The notes beneath the pieces were generated by a model. It searched no databases, had not been told where the DNA came from, and worked only from the letters and a program-made list of their open reading frames with translations. Source: Phycisphaera mikurensis NBRC 102666 (GTDB lineage Bacteria > Planctomycetota > Phycisphaerae > Phycisphaerales > Phycisphaeraceae). From it: a stretch of DNA of 32,000 nt. How positions within the stretch are numbered: the first letter of the stretch is position 1; each line of letters opens with the position of its first letter. A program made the position numbers and the translations under genes. Positions 24,560-32,000 of the stretch are shown here, one piece after another. Location: positions 300,001 through 332,000 of the forward strand of contig NC_017080.1 of the NCBI RefSeq assembly GCF_000284115.1, given 5' to 3'.

Positions 24560-24682
24560 CACGGGAGCCAGCGTAGAGGGCCTCGGGCGCTGGATTCCCT
24601 GCCGGCTGCGGTCTAGCGTCGCCGTGGCGCCGGCGAACGGATCACCGGGCCGTTTCACCCACCCGACACAAGAAGAGCCACC

Positions 24683-25147
24683 ATGTCAGACCTCAACAAC
24701 GCCACGCTTTCGAAGATCAAGAGCCTCCACCAGATCAACGTGGACTCCATCGAGGGCTGGAAGCTTGCGATCGAGGAGATCGAGCACACCGAGCTGCAGA
24801 CCCTGTTCCGCGGCATCCTCCAGAACCGCGAGCAGCAGGCCGCGGAACTGGCCTCGTACCTGGAGAGCCACGGTGCCGAGGTCGACCACGACACCAGCTT
24901 CCTCTCGACGGTGCACCGGTGGTGGCTGGACGCGAAGGAGTCCATCGCCTCGAAGGACAACACCGCCGTGGTGGAGGAGGCCGATCGCGGCGAGGAGAGC
25001 ATCCTCAAGAAGTACGACGATCTGGTGAACGACGAGGCCGTCCGAGCTTCGTCCCTGCACCCGGTCCTGCAGCGTCAGCACGCGCAGGTCGACGCCGACC
25101 ACAACCGCGTGCACGCGATGAAGGAGCGCCTCCAGGCGGCCCGCTGA
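24683..25147 (+). CDS. PA2169 family four-helix-bundle protein (DUF2383-like)
   Basis: LNNATLSKIKSLHQINVDSIEGWKLAIEEIEHTELQTLFRGILQNREQQAAELASYLESHG...GEESILKKYDDLVND. Confidence 0.8.
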   Translation: MSDLNNATLSKIKSLHQINVDSIEGWKLAIEEIEHTELQTLFRGILQNREQQAAELASYLESHGAEVDHDTSFLSTVHRWWLDAKESIASKDNTAVVEEADRGEESILKKYDDLVNDEAVRASSLHPVLQRQHAQVDADHNRVHAMKERLQAAR

Positions 25148-25183
25148 GCGGCGGGCGGCGACGCCCGAGCCTGAACCACGCCC

Positions 25184-25211
25184 CACGGCCGCCGCAAGGC
25201 GGCCGTGTTTT
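25184..25211 (+). terminator. Rho-independent terminator
   Basis: Perfect 10-bp stem cacggccgcc/ggcggccgtg with a GCAA loop, followed by TTTT. Confidence 0.85.
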
Positions 25212-25443
25212 CGTGCGCGTGCCCACGGAGGCGGGGCGCCGGGCGTGGGCGCTTTTCCACCACGCAACCCGGGACACTGGAACGATTTGACCGATCTGCC
25301 TCGCCCGCGATCCGAGGGGCGGGGGCCTATGCCGGTGGAACTATCCAAAAGTTGATAGGGTGCGGCGGGGTAGATCGGGGGATCTCCTACTTCCTCTTCC
25401 CCGCGAGTCCGCCTCGCCCGCCTCCTCCCGCTCGAAGCCGATC

Positions 25444-26436
25444 ATGACCACCGCCACCCTCCCCGACGACGCCGCGACCGCCAGCGAGTCCACCCCGAGC
25501 GCCCGCCCCCTCCGCTTCCACGCCGCCTTGTCCGCCGCCGAGCGGGCGACGCTGCGCGAGCTCCTCGCGGGGCCGTACGAGTACATGGAGGATGCGCTGT
25601 ACGACGAGCCGGACGCCGAGGAGCGGATCTTCGACGCCGACGTGCCGATCGGCCGCCCGAGCACCGCCTGGTACGGCCAGCTCGCGTACGAGCCCCGTGA
25701 CACGCCGCGCGGCTCGCGTGCGGAGAAGCTCCCGCTGCTCACGCCCGCCGAGGAGAAGGTCGCCTTCCTCCGCTTCAACTACTGCCGGTACCGGGCGGAG
25801 CGGGCACGCCTCGCGATCGAGGGCACGCACGTGGGGCTCCGCAAGGGCCGCGAGCTGCTGCACTGGCACCGCCAGAGCCACCACTGGCGTGAGCTCATCG
25901 CCGAGTACAACCTCGGCCTCGTGCTGGCGATGGCCCGCCGCCTGCCCTCCGGCCACGTCGACTATCCCGAGATGATCTCCGAGGGCAACATGGCCCTGCT
26001 CCGCGGCATCGACAAGTTCCGCGTCGACAAGGGCTTCAAGTTCAGCACCTACGCCTGCCGGGCCATCCTCAAGGCCTTCAGCCGCACCGGCATCAAGGCC
26101 TCGAAGATCAAGAGCCTCTTCCCGGTCGGCTTCGAGCCGGATTACGAGCGCAGCAACCACTCCGCCGAGAAGAACGCCGCGGAGGAGCGGGCCTGCGTGG
26201 AGGAGGTCCGCCGGATCTACGAAGACAACGCCGCGGACCTCTCCGAGATCGAGCTCTCCGTCGTCGAGAAGCGGTTCTCCTTCGACGACCCCGACCGCGA
26301 GAAGAACCTGACGCTGCAGCAGGTGGGCAAGATGGTCGGGCTCACCAAGGAGCGTGTCCGGCAGATCCAGATCGGGGCGATGGCCAAGATCCGCGAGACG
26401 CTGGAGGAGGAGTACCTGGAGGTCGGCCTGCGGTGA
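25444..26436 (+). CDS. RNA polymerase sigma-70 family factor
   Basis: Region 2 LIAEYNLGLVLAMARRLPSGHVDYPEMISEGNMALLRGIDKFRVDKGFKFSTYACRAILKAF. Region 4 NLTLQQVGKMVGLTKERVRQIQIGAMAKIRETL. Confidence 0.93.
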   Translation: MTTATLPDDAATASESTPSARPLRFHAALSAAERATLRELLAGPYEYMEDALYDEPDAEERIFDADVPIGRPSTAWYGQLAYEPRDTPRGSRAEKLPLLTPAEEKVAFLRFNYCRYRAERARLAIEGTHVGLRKGRELLHWHRQSHHWRELIAEYNLGLVLAMARRLPSGHVDYPEMISEGNMALLRGIDKFRVDKGFKFSTYACRAILKAFSRTGIKASKIKSLFPVGFEPDYERSNHSAEKNAAEERACVEEVRRIYEDNAADLSEIELSVVEKRFSFDDPDREKNLTLQQVGKMVGLTKERVRQIQIGAMAKIRETLEEEYLEVGLR

Positions 26437-26576
26437 GGGCGCCGCGCGGGTGGCTCGTCGTCGCCGAAGGGCTCGCGGCCGTGCGGGCACTGGCGGCTCG
26501 GGCGGGGGTCGGAGCGCGCTGATTCCGGTCGGCTCCTCCGCCCGCGGGGTGGAGGAGCCACCTGTACCTTCCCCCC

Positions 26577-27914
26577 ATGCCCCGCAAGCCCACGCCCGAG
26601 CCGCCCGACGGCCCGCCCAAGACCGGCCCCGTCCACGTCCTTCTCCTCGGCGCAGGGGGCCGGGAGCACGCGATCGGGTGGAAGCTCAAGCAGGCGGAGC
26701 GCTGCGGCAAGATCTGGTTTGCACCGGGCAACGGCGGCACCCGGGAGGTCGGCACCAACGTCGACCTGCCCTTCGACCCGGTCAACACCAAGAACGTCGA
26801 CGCCATCGACCGCTTCTGCCGGGAGAACGGCATCGGCCTCGTCGTGATCGGGCCCGAGGATCCGCTGTGCGCCGGCCTCGCCGACCGCCTCGCGGCCCCC
26901 GGCCGCGCCGTCTTCGGACCCGTGGCCGAGGCCGCGAAGCTCGAGGGCGACAAGGCGTGGGCGAAGGACCTCATGCGGGGGGCGCTCATCCCCACGGCCG
27001 ACTCCCGCACCTTCACCCGCCACGAGCCCGCCCGCGCCTACGCCGAGGCCCGCGAGACGCCGGTGGTCGTGAAGGCCGCCGGCCTCGCCAAGGGCAAGGG
27101 GGTCCTGGTCACCCGCTCGGCCGAGGAGGCGGTTGCCGCCGTCGACGACCTCATGCTCAAGAAGAGCTTCGGCGGGGCCGGCGAGACCGTCATCATCGAG
27201 GAGCGCTTGGCCGGCCAAGAGGTCTCCGTGCTCGCGCTCGTCGACGGCCAGAACCTCCGCGTGCTCGACCCCGCCCAGGACCACAAGGCCGTCGGCGAGG
27301 GCGACACCGGGCCGAACACCGGCGGCATGGGCGCCTACTGCCCCACCCCGGTGCTCGACGAGAAGACCCTCCGGGTCATCGAGCGTGAGGTGCTCGTCCG
27401 CGCCGTCGACGCGCTGCGGCGGGGCGGCGTCGCCTTCCGCGGCGTGCTCTACGCCGGGATGATGCTCACCGCCGGCGGGCCCAAGACCCTCGAGTTCAAC
27501 ACCCGCTTCGGCGATCCGGAGACCCAGCCGCTCATGATGCGCCTCCGGGGCGATCTCCTGGAGCTCATGCTCGCCACCTGCGCCGGCACCCTCGACCAGG
27601 TGCCGCTGGACTGGGACCCGCGCGTGTGCGTGGGCGTCGTCGTCTGCGCCGGCGGCTACCCCGGCGCGTACCGCAAGGACGACCCCGTCGGCGGCATCGA
27701 CGAGGCCGAGGAGGACCCGGACGTCAAGGTGTTCCACGCCGGCACGAGGATCGATCGCGACGGCCTCCTGGTGACCGCGGGCGGCCGCGTGCTCTGCGTC
27801 TGCGCCCTCGCCGACGACCTCGCCACCGCGCGGGAGAAGGCCAACGCCGCCGCCGCGAAGATCCGCTTCCCCGGGGCGTTCTTCCGTCGCGACATCGGCG
27901 GCAGGGTTTCCTGA
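26577..27914 (+). CDS. purD: Phosphoribosylamine--glycine ligase
   Basis: VLLLGAGGREHAIGWKL; FAPGNGGT; VVIGPEDPLCAGLAD; VVKAAGLAKGKGVLV; LAGQEVSVLALVDG; DHKAVGEGDTGPNTGGMGAYCP; LEFNTRFGDPETQPLM. Confidence 0.97.
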   Translation: MPRKPTPEPPDGPPKTGPVHVLLLGAGGREHAIGWKLKQAERCGKIWFAPGNGGTREVGTNVDLPFDPVNTKNVDAIDRFCRENGIGLVVIGPEDPLCAGLADRLAAPGRAVFGPVAEAAKLEGDKAWAKDLMRGALIPTADSRTFTRHEPARAYAEARETPVVVKAAGLAKGKGVLVTRSAEEAVAAVDDLMLKKSFGGAGETVIIEERLAGQEVSVLALVDGQNLRVLDPAQDHKAVGEGDTGPNTGGMGAYCPTPVLDEKTLRVIEREVLVRAVDALRRGGVAFRGVLYAGMMLTAGGPKTLEFNTRFGDPETQPLMMRLRGDLLELMLATCAGTLDQVPLDWDPRVCVGVVVCAGGYPGAYRKDDPVGGIDEAEEDPDVKVFHAGTRIDRDGLLVTAGGRVLCVCALADDLATAREKANAAAAKIRFPGAFFRRDIGGRVS

Positions 27915-27946
27915 GGCGCGGGCCGGCCGGGCTCGTACCGTCCGGC

Positions 27947-28666
27947 ATGCCCGAGGACCTCCACCTGCCGATGAGGACCTTCCTGCTGCCGGGGATCGCT
28001 TCGGACGCGGAGCTGCTGGAGCCGCAGGCGAAGCGGCTGGGCCCGGGGCTGGTGGTGCCGCCGTGGATCGAGCCCGAGGGCAAGCACGAGGCGCTGGCGC
28101 ACTACGCGGGGCGCTTCGCGGAGGGCCTGGAACTCCCCGCGGACGGCGGGCCGTACGCGCTGGGCGGGGTTTCGTTCGGCGGGATGCTGTCGCTGGAGCT
28201 GGCGAGGATCCTCGACCCGCAGCCGGCGTGCGTGGTGCTGATCAGCTCGGCGCGGAGCGGCGATGCGATCCCGCGGTCGCTGTGGTACTGGGAGAAGATG
28301 GCGGCGATCCTGGACCCTTGGTGGATGAAGGAGCTGTCGCGGGGCATCGCGCAGCCGCTCACGTGGGGCGGCGGCGAGGCGGCGGCGTCGGCGGAGCGGT
28401 TCCGGGCGATGGTCGGGCGGCTGAGCCCGGCGTTCTTCCAGTGGTCGGTGGAGGCGTGCGTGTCGTGGGAGGGGCCGGGCCCGCTGACGGAGTTTTTCCC
28501 GCCGATCGCGCAGATCCACGGCAGCGACGACGCCGTGGTGCGCTGCGTGCCAGAGCAGTGCGACGAGGTGGTGGAGGGGGCGGGGCACCTCATGAACCTC
28601 ACCCACGAGAGAACGGTGAACCGGTTCGTGTTCGAGGCGGTGAACCGGCGGATCGGCCGCCGTTGA
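27947..28666 (+). CDS. Alpha/beta hydrolase family protein
   Basis: RTFLLPGIASDAELLEPQAKRLG...YALGGVSFGGMLSLELARIL (GxSxGG nucleophile elbow)...IAQIHGSDDAVVR...EGAGHLMNLTHE (D and H). Confidence 0.8.
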   Translation: MPEDLHLPMRTFLLPGIASDAELLEPQAKRLGPGLVVPPWIEPEGKHEALAHYAGRFAEGLELPADGGPYALGGVSFGGMLSLELARILDPQPACVVLISSARSGDAIPRSLWYWEKMAAILDPWWMKELSRGIAQPLTWGGGEAAASAERFRAMVGRLSPAFFQWSVEACVSWEGPGPLTEFFPPIAQIHGSDDAVVRCVPEQCDEVVEGAGHLMNLTHERTVNRFVFEAVNRRIGRR

Positions 28667-28753
28667 AGGGCCACCGCGTGCGGGGCCGCACCCGCCGGAG
28701 GGCGTTGGAGGGCGGTGGATCGCCGCGCGATCCGGGCGCCCGCTTGCGAAGCT

Positions 28754-30328
28754 TCAGCGGCGGACGGCCTCCTCGTAGGCCTCGACGACCCGCTCGGCGG
28801 CGCCCTCCCAGGTCAGCCCGCGGACCTGCACGCTCGCGTGGGCGCGGAGGGTGGCCCCCAGCGTCGGGTGGTTGAGGACGGCGAGGATCTGGTTGGCGAG
28901 CTCTTCGGTGTCCCAAAAGTCGACCTTCAGGGCGTGGTCGAGCACCTCCGACACGCCGCTCTGCTTGGACACGATCACCGGCACGCCGCGCTGGATGGCG
29001 TCCAGCGGGGCGATGCCGAAGGGCTCGGAAACCGACGGCATGACGTAGACGTCGGCGCGGTCGTACACGGCTTTGACGTCGTCCCCCTTGAGGAAGCCGG
29101 TGAACACGAAGCGGTCGGCGATGCCGCTTTCCTGCACGCGGGCCATCGTCTCGCCGAGGCGGTCGCCGCTGCCGGCGACGACGAAGGTGGTGTCGGGACG
29201 CTTCTCGAGCACGGCCCTCGCGGCGTCGAGGAAGTAGCCGGGCCCCTTCTGCGCGGTCAGGCGGCCCAGGAAGAGCACGACGCGGTCGTCGGGGGCGATG
29301 CCGGCGGTGCACGCGGGGGCGTCGTCGTCTCCGTCGGTCCGGCTCCGGCCGTCGGCGGGCGAGGCGGCGTTGTGGACCACCCGGATGCGGGCCGGATCGA
29401 CGCCGTAACGCCGCTCCAGCGCCTCACGCGTGCGCCGGGAGACGGCGAGCACGCGGGCGGCGCGGGAGAGGCCGATCCGCTCGATGTCGCGGACCGGGCC
29501 CGGGGCGTCGTCGCCCCCGGAGCGGTCGAACGCGGTGCTGTGCACGTGGGCGATCAGCGGGAGGCCCAGCGCATCGGCGACGGCGACCCCGGCGGGGAAA
29601 GTCGTCCAGTCGTGGGCGTGCACGGCGTCGAAACCGGGCTCGCCGGCGGCGGCGGCCTCTTCGGCGAGGCGGGAGGCGAGCTCGACGCAGGCGTCGGCGT
29701 AGCGGCGGGTCTGCCGGACGATCTCGGGGTCGCGGGCGGGGCCGGGTGCGCCGTCGGATTCGCCGGTTGGGCCGGCGGGACCGGCGTTCCCGGGGAGGTC
29801 CACGGCGGCGGCGCCTCCCCGGCCGGCGGCGCCCGGCGCGGAGGCGGAGGCGGTGCCGCCCCAGAGGCGACCACCGGCCTCGCCGGCGACGGTGCCCGCG
29901 CCGTCGGCCGGGCCCGAGGCGGTGTAGGCGGAGGGCAGGGGCGCATCGACACGCTCGACCGTGAGGCCGTAGGGCGCCTCGCGGCCGGCGGCGGCGGGCT
30001 CGCCGGCGGACGCGGGTCGGGGGACGCGCGGCGAGGAAGCGGCGGCCCGGCTGCGGGCGGCGCCGGCGTCGGCGAGGGCGGCGTCGGCAACCCGCAAGTC
30101 CGCCGCGGCGGCGTCGGGCGCGGGAGGTTCGGGAGCGTCGTCGCGGTCCGGCGCGGCGGCGGTCAGCACCGGGCCGCCGGGCCTGCCGACCTCCGCGGCG
30201 TGCTCGGGCAGGACGAAGGTCACGGCGACGCCGGCGTGGGTCAGCGCGCGCGTCAGGCCCTCGCACGCGGTGCCGATGCCCCCGGAGAGGTGGGGGGGAA
30301 ACTCCCAGCCAAGCATGAGAACGCGCAT
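28754..30328 (-). CDS. GT4-family glycosyltransferase (glycogen synthase-like)
   Basis: MRVLMLGWEFPPHLSGGIGTACEGLTRAL; FDAVHAHDWTTFPAGVAVADALGLPLIAHVHST; VLFLGRLTAQKGPGYFLDAA; YVMPSVSEPFGIAPLDAIQRGVPVIVSKQSGVSEVL. Confidence 0.92.
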   Translation of the reverse strand: MRVLMLGWEFPPHLSGGIGTACEGLTRALTHAGVAVTFVLPEHAAEVGRPGGPVLTAAAPDRDDAPEPPAPDAAAADLRVADAALADAGAARSRAAASSPRVPRPASAGEPAAAGREAPYGLTVERVDAPLPSAYTASGPADGAGTVAGEAGGRLWGGTASASAPGAAGRGGAAAVDLPGNAGPAGPTGESDGAPGPARDPEIVRQTRRYADACVELASRLAEEAAAAGEPGFDAVHAHDWTTFPAGVAVADALGLPLIAHVHSTAFDRSGGDDAPGPVRDIERIGLSRAARVLAVSRRTREALERRYGVDPARIRVVHNAASPADGRSRTDGDDDAPACTAGIAPDDRVVLFLGRLTAQKGPGYFLDAARAVLEKRPDTTFVVAGSGDRLGETMARVQESGIADRFVFTGFLKGDDVKAVYDRADVYVMPSVSEPFGIAPLDAIQRGVPVIVSKQSGVSEVLDHALKVDFWDTEELANQILAVLNHPTLGATLRAHASVQVRGLTWEGAAERVVEAYEEAVRR

Positions 30329-30361
30329 GATGATCCTTTCCACGGAGCGCCCCGCGGGAGA

Positions 30362-31183
30362 CTACAGAGGCGACGCCCGCTGGGGGGGAAAGCTCCAGCG
30401 GCCGCGGGCGGCGTCGAAGAGCAGCACCGCCGCGGCGGCCGCGGCGTTGAGCGAGTCGACCGGTCCCGGGGCCATCGGGATCCCGATCGCCGCGTCGGCG
30501 GCGGCCGCCCAGGTCGGCGCGAGGCCGCGGTCCTCGGGGCCGATGACCACCGCGACCGGGCCGCCGGTGGCCGGCGCCGGGCCGCCCCCGACCAGCGCTG
30601 CGTGGAGGGCGATGCCGCGGGCACGGAGGAAGGCGATCGCCGCTTCGGGCTCGGCCACGGCAACCACGGGGAGGTGGAAGACGGCGGCGGTGGAGTTGCG
30701 GACGGCCGCGGGGTGGAAGGGGTCGACGTGCGGGCCCACCGCGAGCACGGCGTCGCAGCCCGCGGCCGCGGCGGTGCGGACCATCGCGCCCAGGTTCCCG
30801 GGCTTCTCGGTGCCGACGGCGACGAGGTAGAGGCCGGCGGCGGCCGCCGGCGGGAGGTCGTCGAGCCGGGCACGCGGAGCCACGAACTCGCCGAGCAGGC
30901 CCTCGGGTCGCCGGTGCCAGGCGATCCTCTCGAAGACGGCGGCGGGGCAGGTCAGCCGCTCCACGCCCGGGGGTGCCGCCGGCACCGTTCGGCCGCCGAG
31001 CAGCTGGGGGCACGCCCACCAAGCGGTGCAGACGAGGCCGGCCTCGAGCGCCCGCTCGACCTCCCGCACCCCCTCCGCCAGGGCGACGCCGGCACCGCGT
31101 CGCTCCGCCGGCCGGCTGCGCCAGCGGACCAGCCGCTTCACGCGTGGGTTCGTCGCGGAGGTGATCGGCAGCGGCTCGGGCAT
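30362..31183 (-). CDS. TrmH/SpoU family RNA methyltransferase
   Basis: ITSATNPRVKRLVRW; LAEGVREVERAL; GLYLVAVGTEKPGNLGAMVRTAAAAGCDAVLAV; VAVVIGPEDRGLAPTW; IPMAPGPVDSLNAAAAAAVLLF. Confidence 0.92.
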   Translation of the reverse strand: MPEPLPITSATNPRVKRLVRWRSRPAERRGAGVALAEGVREVERALEAGLVCTAWWACPQLLGGRTVPAAPPGVERLTCPAAVFERIAWHRRPEGLLGEFVAPRARLDDLPPAAAAGLYLVAVGTEKPGNLGAMVRTAAAAGCDAVLAVGPHVDPFHPAAVRNSTAAVFHLPVVAVAEPEAAIAFLRARGIALHAALVGGGPAPATGGPVAVVIGPEDRGLAPTWAAAADAAIGIPMAPGPVDSLNAAAAAAVLLFDAARGRWSFPPQRASPL

Positions 31184-31214
31184 GGTTCAGCCGCGGGGCG
31201 GCGTGCCGGCGCGC

Positions 31215-32000
31215 TCAGTAGTGCAGGGCGCGGCCGTCCACCGCGAGCGCGGCCTCCTTCACGGCTTCGCTGAGCGTCGGGTGCGCGTGGACCGCCCGGC
31301 CGATGTCCTCGCTGGTCGCCCCGAAGGACATCGCGGTGGCGACCTCGGCGAGCAGGTCGCCGCCGCCTGGCCCGAGGATGTGGCAGCCGAGCACGCGGTC
31401 GGTTCTCGCGTCGCACAGGAACTTGACCATGCCGGCGGTCTCGTCGATCGCCTTGGCCCGGCCGTTGGCCATGAAGGGGAACTTGCCGGCGCGGTAATCC
31501 ACGCCGGCTTCCTTGAGTTCCTCCTCGGTCTTGCCGACGCTGGCGACCTCCGGGTCGGTGTAGACGATGCCGGGCATGACGTCGTAATCGAGGTGGTGGT
31601 GGCCGGTGGCGATCCGCTCGGCGACGGCGACGCCCTCCTCCTCGGCCTTGTGGGCGAGCATGGGGCCGGCGATGCAGTCGCCGATGGCGTAGATCGTCAC
31701 CCCGTCCTTCTCGGGGGAGGCCGTGAAGGCATCGTCCCCGTCGCCGGTGACGACGCGGCCCTTCTCGTCGCGTTCGACGCCGACGGCTTCGAGATTCAGC
31801 CCGTCGGTGTACGGCTTGCGGCCGACGGCCATGAGCACGCGGTCGCAGAGCACGTCGTCCTGGCCGTCGAGCTTGACGATCAGCGCGTCGTCCGCCTCCT
31901 CCACGCCGGTGACCTTGGCGCCGAGCACGAAGCGGAGGCCCTGCTTCTTGAACTCGCGGAGCGTCGCGGTGGCGAGCTCGCCGTCCATGCCCGGCAGGAT
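31215..32000 (-). CDS. lpdA: Dihydrolipoyl dehydrogenase, C-terminal part (5' end beyond the window)
   Basis: CDRVLMAVGRKPYTDGLNLEAVGV; TIYAIGDCIAGPMLAHKAEEEGVAVAERIATG; MPGIVYTDPEVASVGKTEEEL; HAHPTLSEAVKEAAL. The frame is open through the right window edge. Confidence 0.95.
   Translation of the reverse strand: MLPGMDGELATATLREFKKQGLRFVLGAKVTGVEEADDALIVKLDGQDDVLCDRVLMAVGRKPYTDGLNLEAVGVERDEKGRVVTGDGDDAFTASPEKDGVTIYAIGDCIAGPMLAHKAEEEGVAVAERIATGHHHLDYDVMPGIVYTDPEVASVGKTEEELKEAGVDYRAGKFPFMANGRAKAIDETAGMVKFLCDARTDRVLGCHILGPGGGDLLAEVATAMSFGATSEDIGRAVHAHPTLSEAVKEAALAVDGRALHY

Noticed and set aside
28715-31273. 852-aa plus-strand ORF antisense to the glycosyltransferase and TrmH genes
   Set aside because: It is a GC-rich shadow ORF with no motifs, while both minus-strand genes have full family signatures.
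1-32000. CRISPR array, integrase, transposase or prophage genes
   Set aside because: No regularly spaced direct repeats were seen, and no ORF shows DDE/tyrosine recombinase or phage structural signatures.

Overview
The window is high-GC bacterial chromosome (roughly 70-75% GC in hand-counted lines), most likely from a Phycisphaera-like planctomycete; that assignment is inference. Most of it is housekeeping: dTDP-sugar genes at the left edge, then a trHb2-type globin, trpE-fliN-rsfS, a membrane P-loop ATPase, sppA, a tRNA(CAT), a guanine/nucleoside deaminase, dcd, class II ribonucleotide reductase nrdJ, an FGE/SUMF1-like protein, a PA2169-family protein, a sigma-70 factor, purD, a hydrolase, a GT4 glycosyltransferase, a TrmH/SpoU methyltransferase and lpd (partial). 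The main accessory region is about 1.3-9.6 kb. It encodes a GIY-YIG (T5orf172/MUG113-like) protein, a DEAH-type helicase, a small unknown protein, an XRE+ImmA/IrrE metallopeptidase and a large MmeI-like class I DNA methyltransferase. I interpret this as a candidate restriction-like or anti-phage module. The helicase and unknown/ImmA genes diverge from a short region with an operator-like inverted repeat and a perfect TTGACA box. The methyltransferase C-terminal (putative target-recognition) part has visibly lower GC than its N-terminal half, which suggests domain exchange. Several palindromic intergenic elements are present, and several of them supply or directly abut gene stop codons. No CRISPR array, transposase or integrase was seen. 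All family names come from motif recognition by eye; no database search was run.
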